Shown here piece after piece: positions 16,553-23,688 of a DNA stretch of 41,548 nucleotides. The position numbers and the translations under genes are program-made. How positions within the stretch are numbered: position 1 is the first letter of the stretch; each line of letters starts with the position of its first letter. Below the pieces are notes generated by a model. The model searched no databases. It was not told the origin of the DNA and saw only the letters and a list, made by a program, of their open reading frames with translations. The DNA is from a virus (lineage: Duplodnaviria; Caudoviricetes): IMG/VR virus record IMGVR_UViG_3300044771_000029, positions 1-41,548 of that record, one strand, 5' to 3'.

Positions 16553-17587
16553 TCACACCCCCTTCCCGACCAGCAACAAGCGGAACATCTTCTGCCCCTT
16601 GTTCTCAGGCTGCTCCACCCGCTCAAACCCAGCGGCCTTGATGCGGTCGTCGGCAAAGCCCATCCAGCGCGTGAACATCTGCGAGGTCACCTCGGTATCC
16701 ACCCCCTCCTGCTCGGCCAACGGGCACACGTAGGTGTACATATCCGACACCCGGTATTGCAGGCACCAGCGCGCACCCTCCACCTGCATCTCGCGCCAGC
16801 GGCTGAAATACGGCGGCCGGTTGCGCAGCGCCTTGAGATACACCCCCGCCTCGCCCTCGATCTCATCACGCAGGCGCGGCAAAAAGGTATCGCAATACCA
16901 ATCCACCAGCTCCGGCACCTGCGCGGGCTGGCGCAGCGCCCGCCGCAGCAGGCTGCTTTTTACCTCGCGGCGGATGCTCTCGGGGTAGCCGAAGTGCTGG
17001 ATCAGCGTATGCAGCGCCACCGGATTGCCGAAGCGCGATTCCTTGATGCAGGTTTCCAGCAGGCGCTGGCGGTTGGCCGGGCTGGACAAAGCCAGGTTGC
17101 CATGGCGAAAAGCCTTGAGCACCCCTACCGCCCAGGCGCGGAACTCTGCCGCCTTGGGCTGGCTGCTGAGCATGGTCAAGATCATCACGCCTTCTTCGTT
17201 GAAGACGCGAACGGGGCGGAGTTGAGTGACGCCACCCCCCTTTTCTGGGTACACAGGGGGTGCTTCTGACTCAGAACGCCCCACCTGCGTACCCAAATTG
17301 GTTACGCAGGTGGGTGTTTCTGCATCGTCTTCGCCCTCGCCTGGGTACGCAGCTCCAGATGAAATTGGCAGTTTGACCACTATGGAATGCTGATCAAGCT
17401 CCACTTGGTTGCGCTTGTACAGCTTGTTGATGGCGATGCGCGGGTTGGTGTAACCCAGCGCATTTCCGATGTCCTCTCCGGTAAGCCACAAGTCTTCCTC
17501 GTGCTCGATGGCGGCAAGCGGGATGCCGTTGTAATGGAATGGGACTGCCGATGATTGCCCAGAACGGGCAGACTTAGCTGTTGTCAT
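16553..17587 (-). CDS. Bro-N domain antirepressor-like protein
   Basis: W.T..DIG.ALGY.NP..AI.KLY.RN and R.FNEEG......S.QPKA.EFRAW motifs. CAGGAG RBS. Confidence 0.88.
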   Translation of the reverse strand: MTTAKSARSGQSSAVPFHYNGIPLAAIEHEEDLWLTGEDIGNALGYTNPRIAINKLYKRNQVELDQHSIVVKLPISSGAAYPGEGEDDAETPTCVTNLGTQVGRSESEAPPVYPEKGGGVTQLRPVRVFNEEGVMILTMLSSQPKAAEFRAWAVGVLKAFRHGNLALSSPANRQRLLETCIKESRFGNPVALHTLIQHFGYPESIRREVKSSLLRRALRQPAQVPELVDWYCDTFLPRLRDEIEGEAGVYLKALRNRPPYFSRWREMQVEGARWCLQYRVSDMYTYVCPLAEQEGVDTEVTSQMFTRWMGFADDRIKAAGFERVEQPENKGQKMFRLLLVGKGV

Positions 17588-17629
17588 GATGTTTCTCCTG
17601 TAACGATTATCAGTCGATACCCCAAAGGG

Positions 17630-17710
17630 TGGCCGGGAGCTGATAACGCGATACAGGAACGCGCGGACTTCTTTCCCTTGCGGGTGTTGTATCCGTCCCA
17701 CTCCCGGCCA
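17630..17710 (-). ncRNA. C4-like (P1 C4 / P4 CI family) antisense RNA
   Basis: Closing stem TGGCCGGGAG/CTCCCGGCCA. Internal CCTGTAT and GTTATCAGC are complementary to sites at 17791-17797 and 17804-17812 upstream, and to 17597-17602 and 17607-17613 at the antirepressor RBS. Confidence 0.85.
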
Positions 17711-17838
17711 AAACTGTTTTTTTTCGTCAAAGGAGCGAGCGATGCTCTTGGGCGTAAAAAAACCACAACTACGGGTGTGGGCGGTATCCGCCTGTATATC
17801 GGTGTTATCAGCACCACCTGCGGTTGGCAGGCAGGCAG

Positions 17839-17867
17839 AGATTAAGGCAGCGAGTTGTGTGTGTCAA
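17839..17867 (-). promoter_or_regulatory. Sigma70 promoter of the C4/antirepressor operon
   Basis: TTGACA (17862-17867), 17-bp spacer, TAATCT (17839-17844). Confidence 0.8.
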
Positions 17868-17878
17868 GACAAACCTAC

Positions 17879-18472
17879 TTACTGCGCGCGGTCATGTGCC
17901 CATTTTAAAAACTGGACTACTTCATTGAAGCCGAATAGCTCAAATGTGTCGTCGATATTATTTTCATAGGGCCACTTCACATATCGAGTGGTAACTAGCT
18001 TTGCGATTTTTAACTTAGCGATGATCGAATTACTGTTCTTTCTTGAGAAGCACTCGCCTTCTTCCATGGTGGATGACAAGGGCTTATTCGAATCCAATCT
18101 TATCGAAATAGATGATCGTGGATAGTGGTCGCTGCCGATGCATAACACGAAATATTCTTTACCATAATAAGTGATGCTTAAATCGTGAATCCTTGCATTG
18201 CATCTCTTCTTGTCTGACATGGCGTCGGTGTGGCACATGGTGCGCCAGTTCTTATCTTCAGAGTGCCTACCTACATAAGCATTCTTGGAACCAGCGATTG
18301 ATCCAGACCCATCGTCGTAAATGGAATATGCCACACCATTCAATACCCCCTCTTCCCGAACACTTCCATATTGCTCAATTTCCACACCATCATCTGTGAA
18401 CTTTTTTCTTATCTCGTCCGCATTGGACGCCTGAAAAAACATAATAAGTATCAAAAATAAAATTCGCTTCAT
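17879..18472 (-). CDS. Secreted/periplasmic protein (low-GC moron)
   Basis: Sec signal MKRILFLILIMFFQASNA, four Cys, and visibly more AT-rich than the flanks. Confidence 0.75.
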   Translation of the reverse strand: MKRILFLILIMFFQASNADEIRKKFTDDGVEIEQYGSVREEGVLNGVAYSIYDDGSGSIAGSKNAYVGRHSEDKNWRTMCHTDAMSDKKRCNARIHDLSITYYGKEYFVLCIGSDHYPRSSISIRLDSNKPLSSTMEEGECFSRKNSNSIIAKLKIAKLVTTRYVKWPYENNIDDTFELFGFNEVVQFLKWAHDRAQ

Positions 18473-18523
18473 GCTCAACTCCCGTTAAGTGGTGCCGCAT
18501 CCTACCCCGCCCAACTTCGCTTT

Positions 18524-18874
18524 TCAATCCTGCGCCTTGCTCGGGTTCATCGTCTCAATCTCGATCACCTGCAGCAGCTCCAGCCCCATATCGATATCCC
18601 AGCCCCAGCAATTCATTAGCGCGATGGCTGGGTTGTAGTCCAGCCCGCACTGCACGTCGTTGGTGATGGGGTTGCCTTGGGCCGTGTATTGGGTTGAGCT
18701 TTTATGCCGCCACTGGGTGCAGATGCGCAGATAGAGCGTCCATACCACGGCCTCCCATTCCAGCACCGGCGGCAGATCGGCGGGGTCGACCTCGTAGCCT
18801 TCTTCCTGCAGCGTCTTGATGTAGTCCCACCCGATCTCGCGCTCCCAGCGAGTTCGGGCGGTCAGCCGTTTTTT
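18524..18874 (-). CDS. Tail assembly chaperone, frameshifted extension (gpT/DUF1799-like)
   Basis: TQWR...GLDY motif. The frame is entered by a -1 shift at A AAA AAC (18868-18874). Confidence 0.75.
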   Translation of the reverse strand, partial: KKRLTARTRWEREIGWDYIKTLQEEGYEVDPADLPPVLEWEAVVWTLYLRICTQWRHKSSTQYTAQGNPITNDVQCGLDYNPAIALMNCWGWDIDMGLELLQVIEIETMNPSKAQD

Positions 18875-19227
18875 GCGGCGGTTTCCTCTTCGATGCGGAA
18901 TTGCTCCAGGCTGGTGGCTTGCTCGGCGATCCAGGGGATGATGTTCACGGCCTGCTGGCGGCCGAAGATGCGCAGGTTCGCTTCGTTGCACGGCAGCGGG
19001 CCGGTCTTGTCGCCCACTTCGTCGCCCCAGTCGGCGATGGCTTTGACGGCGTAGTTCTCGCCCCATTTGGATACGTCCAGCACACCGCTGCTTTTGTTGC
19101 GCGACGCGGCGCGGATGGCTTCGTGTTCGGCCGGGGTGACCAGGCGGATGTGGAAGGTGATTCCGGTCTCGGGGTGGGTGAAGGCTTTGGCTTCGGCGGC
19201 GGGGTTGAGCAGTAGTTTGACGGACAT
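18862..19227 (-). CDS. Tail assembly chaperone (gpG-like)
   Basis: Follows the tail tube gene and ends AAKNG over a slippery site. AAAGGA RBS. Confidence 0.8.
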   Translation of the reverse strand: MSVKLLLNPAAEAKAFTHPETGITFHIRLVTPAEHEAIRAASRNKSSGVLDVSKWGENYAVKAIADWGDEVGDKTGPLPCNEANLRIFGRQQAVNIIPWIAEQATSLEQFRIEEETAAKNG

Positions 19228-19253
19228 GGTGGTTCCTTTCTTGTTGGCGTTCA

Positions 19254-19279
19254 CCCTTCGACAGGCTCAGGGCGAACGG
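19254..19279. repeat. REP-like palindrome family A, copy 2 (inverted)
   Basis: CCCTTCGACAGGCTCAGGGCGAACGG. Confidence 0.8.
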
Positions 19280-19285
19280 CTGAAT

Positions 19286-19314
19286 AAAAAAAGACCCCGC
19301 CTTGCAACGGAGTC
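19286..19314 (-). terminator. Intrinsic terminator after the tail tube gene
   Basis: GACTCCGTTGCAAGGCGGGGTC hairpin followed by T7. Confidence 0.75.
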
Positions 19315-19324
19315 AGGGAGGAGA

Positions 19325-20275
19325 TCAGTACGCTGCCACGTCGTTGCGCAGCACGATGGTGGGCAGGGTGGTACCGTCGTGGGCTTTGAATGCGAACTCG
19401 ACCATGATGACGCCCTTTCCTTTGCGAGAGAGCGGCACTTCGGTCAGCTCGACATAGGGCATATCCACGATCAGGTCGAAGGTGTTTGCGCCGATGGTGG
19501 CGGCCGTCACCAGTTTCAGACGGGTGCTGGTGCCGTTGCGCGCCAGGTCGTAGGCGGATGCACCGTCGAACAGGCACTTGATCTTGCCGCTGATGGAGAT
19601 CGCTTCCGGGATGAAAGTGCTGTAGCCGTCCTGCCCGTTGGCCAGCTCTTCCGGCTTGATGACGGTGGTGATCTCGATGTTGCCGCCAGCGATCTGGCCC
19701 AGCGCACCGTCGACGCCGTTGGAGATCACGCCGCTGCCGGAGTTGGCGCGGAAGCCGGACAAGGTGGTCGGGGTGGCGTCGAATGCAGTACCGGGCACCG
19801 GGTCGACCTCTTCACCCGCCAAAATGCTGGCCGAGATGAGCTGCTCGTTGTTCTTGATGTCCCACGATAGCTTGCTGCAATGGCAATCCAGGAAACGGAA
19901 ATACTTGCTGATGTCGGAATGCTGCAACTCCATCAGGGCGTAGGGCCGCTCGGCCAGATCGAAGGGGAAGGTGTGCGTCTTGAGCGTGGTGCCGGTGGTG
20001 ACCGGCTGGCCCAGCAGCAGCTTGAGCAAAAAGCCGATGTTGCGCAGGTCCAGGATGGAACTGAGCTGCTTCTCCGGCACGATGGGGCTGCCCTCGTCCG
20101 TCTTGTTGTCCAGCGGCGAGCTGGTGATGCTGTTGTTCGCCTGGCGGCGCGGATCCCGCCCGATGTCGAAGCCGTCGAACGGCAGACGGTAGGCATCCGG
20201 CGCGCCGGGCACGGTGCGCGATGCAGTCTGAAACTGCATGATCAGTTGGGCAAGCGAGTTTTTGGCGATAGTCAT
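19325..20275 (-). CDS. Major tail tube protein
   Basis: 316-aa beta-rich protein just before the chaperone pair. No sheath gene seen. Confidence 0.82.
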   Translation of the reverse strand: MTIAKNSLAQLIMQFQTASRTVPGAPDAYRLPFDGFDIGRDPRRQANNSITSSPLDNKTDEGSPIVPEKQLSSILDLRNIGFLLKLLLGQPVTTGTTLKTHTFPFDLAERPYALMELQHSDISKYFRFLDCHCSKLSWDIKNNEQLISASILAGEEVDPVPGTAFDATPTTLSGFRANSGSGVISNGVDGALGQIAGGNIEITTVIKPEELANGQDGYSTFIPEAISISGKIKCLFDGASAYDLARNGTSTRLKLVTAATIGANTFDLIVDMPYVELTEVPLSRKGKGVIMVEFAFKAHDGTTLPTIVLRNDVAAY

Positions 20276-20493
20276 GTTTGTGTCTCCTCTTTAAAGTCGT
20301 AATTGCCGAAGTCGGCGCGCAACCGCATCGCGTTCCACTCCGCCTGTGTGATTGGCTGCGCCACATCGCGCTGCCAGTGGTTACCGCAGAACCCGATCTC
20401 GCCGGGGCCGCTGTGGTAGGCCACCCGCAATTCAGTCCCCTCGCCCGCAAGCGGGAGAGGGTTAGGGTGAGGGGCCGTGTTCTTCTTCGCCAT
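20272..20493 (-). CDS. Small protein in the tail module with an in-frame REP insertion
   Basis: GAAGGA RBS and ATGA coupling to the tube gene. Residues PHPNPLPLAGEG are encoded by the family B repeat. Confidence 0.7.
   Translation of the reverse strand: MAKKNTAPHPNPLPLAGEGTELRVAYHSGPGEIGFCGNHWQRDVAQPITQAEWNAMRLRADFGNYDFKEETQT
20437..20474. repeat. REP-like palindrome family B, copy 2
   Basis: CCCCTCGCCCGCAAGCGGGAGAGGGTTAGGGTGAGGGG. Confidence 0.8.
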
Positions 20494-20504
20494 TATTCTT
20501 CCTT

Positions 20505-20530
20505 CCGTTCGTCCTGAGCCTGTCGAAGGG
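20505..20530. repeat. REP-like palindrome family A, copy 3
   Basis: CCGTTCGTCCTGAGCCTGTCGAAGGG. Confidence 0.8.
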
Positions 20531-20953
20531 CTACTGCAAGAAATCCAGATCTATCGAGATCCAGCCATAAGGCGCATCGAGCTGCATGCTCTGCGAAAAT
20601 CGCTTCATGAACAGTTGCGCCAGCGCCGCCGGGCGGACGCGCAAAAAGCCCTTGATCTCGTCAACCATCGTGAACTCGGCATCCTCGATGGCGGATGTCG
20701 TGGTGCGGGTGGCGGCTTCCGCCAGCTTGATCTGCCCGATGATTTTGATTCCCTGGCTGCCGTCCATCCCCTCGCGACCGCTGTAGTTCGGATAGTTGCC
20801 CTCGTCGCGGCTGATGATGGTGTAGATGCCGGCTGCAAGGTCTTCGTGCTTGCGCTGATCGTGCGGAAGAAAGTCGCGGGTGATGATGCGCAAAGGCAGC
20901 GCCGTCGCCAGCGAGGTCTTGATCAGGTTCATGCGGTCGCCGAGGTCAGACAT
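20531..20953 (-). CDS. Tail terminator/completion protein-like
   Basis: Size (140 aa) and position between the gp10-like and tube genes. Confidence 0.6.
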   Translation of the reverse strand: MSDLGDRMNLIKTSLATALPLRIITRDFLPHDQRKHEDLAAGIYTIISRDEGNYPNYSGREGMDGSQGIKIIGQIKLAEAATRTTTSAIEDAEFTMVDEIKGFLRVRPAALAQLFMKRFSQSMQLDAPYGWISIDLDFLQ

Positions 20954-21431
20954 CGAACGCCCACCTGCTGCCCTGCTCCACGCCCGCCAGCACCAGCTCG
21001 TGCACCCGCGCTGCCTTGGATTCCGCCGCGGGCTGCATGTATGGTTGTTTCCGCGTGCCGCGCATGGCAATGGCGCGAGCGATGCGGAAGGCAGTGCTGC
21101 GCGCATCCTTGTCGCGCAGCCCCAGCACCCGCTCCACCCAGGGAACGAGCTTTTCGGAATTCACCCAGTGCGGCCGGCCGCCCTCTTCCACCGCGCGGCC
21201 ATAGTTCATGTTCTCGCTCACCTGGAAGTGCATCGACTCGACGCGCTCGGCGCGGATGGAGTTGGTCAGGTTGCTGAATGCCTTGGGCGCGTTCTCCTTG
21301 CCCGTCCGCGCCACCTCTTCCGCCCCGCGCCACAGCTTCTGGTCCACAGCGCTCACCACCGCCGGATGCAACCTATCCAGCCCGCGCTTGGCATGGCTGA
21401 TGTCGATGCGGACGTGGAAGTCGGCGGTCAT
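20946..21431 (-). CDS. HK97 gp10-like tail/neck component
   Basis: AP....L.NSI...Y...VE.G and GT..QPYM.PA motifs. Confidence 0.85.
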   Translation of the reverse strand: MTADFHVRIDISHAKRGLDRLHPAVVSAVDQKLWRGAEEVARTGKENAPKAFSNLTNSIRAERVESMHFQVSENMNYGRAVEEGGRPHWVNSEKLVPWVERVLGLRDKDARSTAFRIARAIAMRGTRKQPYMQPAAESKAARVHELVLAGVEQGSRWAFDV

Positions 21432-21622
21432 TTGTGCCAGCCGTTCGAAATCATGAAGAGGTACACCACCCCTGCCAGCAACATAGCCATCAGACCATGC
21501 AAAGACCAGCGGCCGAATGCCGTGTATTTATCATCAAGCCATTCCTTCAGCGCCTCTTTGACGGCTTCTTTTGTCGCGTCTTTGTCCAGCGGCATACGCC
21601 TATCTCCTTTTCTGGTTTCCAT
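21428..21622 (-). CDS. Small membrane protein of the lysis cassette
   Basis: Single C-terminal transmembrane segment, adjacent to the endolysin. Confidence 0.6.
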   Translation of the reverse strand: METRKGDRRMPLDKDATKEAVKEALKEWLDDKYTAFGRWSLHGLMAMLLAGVVYLFMISNGWHK

Positions 21623-21634
21623 CGTTCGCCGCCA

Positions 21635-21997
21635 TCATCCGTCTCTCCGCTCGAAATGCGGAGCATCGATAAAGCTGCTCTTACCGGCATCCACCAGCCC
21701 GCGCCAGTTACCGCCCCATCGGTTGAGCTGGTTCAAACTCTCCCAGTAGTCCCCGAGCGGCTTGATCTCTTCGCGACCGCATAGTTTTCCATCCTTGAAT
21801 AAGTTCAGGTCAATGGCGCGGCGCTTCAGGTGCTCGCTGTTCATCGTCTTGCTGCGACCGGTCTGAACATAGATCATCTGCTGCTCGGTAGTTCGCGCAG
21901 CCTCGCCCAGTGTGACCACATAGCCGAGCTGCTCGGCTCTATCGAGAAGCTTACGCACATCGAACAGGAAGGCAGCTTGTCCTATCACCTGGCTCAT
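21635..21997 (-). CDS. Endolysin, M15-family metallopeptidase
   Basis: R...Q..Y..G.S....S.H...AID and WGG.W......D.PHFE motifs. Confidence 0.9.
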   Translation of the reverse strand: MSQVIGQAAFLFDVRKLLDRAEQLGYVVTLGEAARTTEQQMIYVQTGRSKTMNSEHLKRRAIDLNLFKDGKLCGREEIKPLGDYWESLNQLNRWGGNWRGLVDAGKSSFIDAPHFERRDG

Positions 21998-22530
21998 TTC
22001 ACCAACCCCTTGATCGCCGCGTCCTTATCCTTGCTGCCAACGCTGGAGCCGAAGTAATAGGCGATCACCTGGCTGGAGATTGTGGTGAGCGCACCCAGAA
22101 TGTAGATCAGCAGCTCCTTGCGGCTTGTCTCGACAGGGGTGTCAGAGAACATCACCACGGAGAACAGGATGAACGTGAGCAGGATGGTGAAAATAGCCAG
22201 CAACGGCGTGATGATCTTGTTCAACATCGGCGCTTTGTCGGATGTTGCGATCTCAGCCTCTCGCCGACGTGCATCCCCTGTATCGGCCAGCGCCGCCTTG
22301 AATATATCAGCGCTGATGTGGTCCTTCTCCAGTTGGATGTGCTGTAGCTCGGTCTCGTTCTCCAGCATGAACTGCTTGAACTGTGTCAATTCCTGAGAAC
22401 TGGGTTCCTTTTGCAGGTCGACCTTGATGCCGGTCTTTTCTTCCAGATAGTTCGCGCCTTTTTCCATCGCGGCATTGGCCACAAGGCCGAGTCCGGATTT
22501 CACCAAAGCCAGTAAGAACGGTGCCATCAC
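21994..22530 (-). CDS. Holin-like membrane protein
   Basis: D..DAR.RE followed by two transmembrane segments and YYFGSS. Upstream of the endolysin. Confidence 0.7.
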   Translation of the reverse strand: MMAPFLLALVKSGLGLVANAAMEKGANYLEEKTGIKVDLQKEPSSQELTQFKQFMLENETELQHIQLEKDHISADIFKAALADTGDARRREAEIATSDKAPMLNKIITPLLAIFTILLTFILFSVVMFSDTPVETSRKELLIYILGALTTISSQVIAYYFGSSVGSKDKDAAIKGLVK

Positions 22531-23150
22531 GTCGCTACTTCAAAAAGTTTCATCAGTGTCTCGAACAGGAATGACGGCGTGCCGTTGCGGGTTCCGCTGG
22601 ACATGCCGTCGCGCATCGTTACCGGCTTGCCGATGTTGCGCATCGCCATTTCCTTCATCGCCTCGGCCTGGGCGCGCAGCAGCAGCAGTCCGCGATCACC
22701 CGGTAGGATGGTGGTTGCGGCGGCGGTGGCGCCGATGGCGTGGGCGGCGAAGTAGTAGAACTTGAAGGCAGAGCCCAGCACGCCGATTTGGAACGAGGTC
22801 GGCGCGGGCAGGAAGTGCAACTCGCGCACAGCGCCATTCACCGCCACCTGCACATCCGGCAACCTGCCCGGATAGGTCTTCTCCCACGGCTGGATGCGGC
22901 GCGCCGGCACGCCCCACAGGTCAGACTTGTAAGACAGCAGATCCGCCGGAGCGGTGTAGTTGAACTGCTCCGCCACCAGCGTCACCTCACCCAACAACGT
23001 GCGCGGCCGCTTGGCCCCCATGTCCATGGCCGCAGCCGCCAGATGCCGCTTGAGATCGGCATCGTTGGCAGCATCAAAGACCGCGGCAGCATCCTGAAGC
23101 GATTCCTTCAGGTCTGCGACCAGGTCTGCCTCGGACATGGTGCCAGCCAT
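22527..23150 (-). CDS. Head-tail adaptor/connector-like protein
   Basis: Position after the capsid. Helical ends with a beta-rich insert (Y..P.D...L.F.PAP). Confidence 0.6.
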   Translation of the reverse strand: MAGTMSEADLVADLKESLQDAAAVFDAANDADLKRHLAAAAMDMGAKRPRTLLGEVTLVAEQFNYTAPADLLSYKSDLWGVPARRIQPWEKTYPGRLPDVQVAVNGAVRELHFLPAPTSFQIGVLGSAFKFYYFAAHAIGATAAATTILPGDRGLLLLRAQAEAMKEMAMRNIGKPVTMRDGMSSGTRNGTPSFLFETLMKLFEVAT

Positions 23151-23620
23151 TACTCAGCGCTCTCGGGGTTGCGCTTGGCGGCCTCGGCTTCCAGTGCTGC
23201 CAGATAGTCAGGATCGATGTTGATGTCGGTCTTGGCATCTTCCAGCGCCACAGCCAACTCTTCATCAGCCAGCGCCTCAACCTTGGCCAGCATCTCGGCC
23301 TGCGCTGCGCGGTTCAACAACTCTTCCCTGATCGCGCCCATCACGCCCTTGCGGTTCTGTCCGGAGGCTTCCAGCGCTTCAATCTGCTCGATGTCGGCAG
23401 CCTGCATATCGGCTAGCGCGGCGACGACAGTACCGACGGTGCCTTTCAGCAGGTCGGCAAGCGGACTGTCTTGCTCGACCGTTGTTTCTTCGGCGACGGG
23501 GACAGGACGCAGGTGGTGCGGTACCTCGTGTTCGTCAAAATGCCGGGTCTCGCCCGGCGGGATCATGGCTGAGCCGACATAGATCGGCATCTTGGTTTTG
23601 TTCTCGACTGGCACTTTCAT
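23150..23620 (-). CDS. Hypothetical head-module protein
   Basis: Follows the capsid gene, CAGGAG RBS. E....NRKGV..AI motif. Confidence 0.7.
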   Translation of the reverse strand: MKVPVENKTKMPIYVGSAMIPPGETRHFDEHEVPHHLRPVPVAEETTVEQDSPLADLLKGTVGTVVAALADMQAADIEQIEALEASGQNRKGVMGAIREELLNRAAQAEMLAKVEALADEELAVALEDAKTDINIDPDYLAALEAEAAKRNPESAE

Positions 23621-23643
23621 GGTTTTGTTCTCCTGTTATGGGA

Positions 23644-23673
23644 AGAGCCCCGCCACAGCATCGTGGCGGGGTT
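23644..23673 (-). terminator. Hairpin after the capsid gene (weak terminator or mRNA stabiliser)
   Basis: CCCCGCCAC/GTGGCGGGG 9-bp stem with a poor U-tract. Confidence 0.55.
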
Positions 23674-23688
23674 ATCTTCGGTCACTGC

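Noticed and set aside
17742-17969. Plus-strand 75-aa ORF with an apparent AAAGGAG RBS
   Set aside because: It is antisense to the C4 leader and promoter and overlaps the moron gene. It cannot be fully excluded as an alternative explanation of the 17-bp match.
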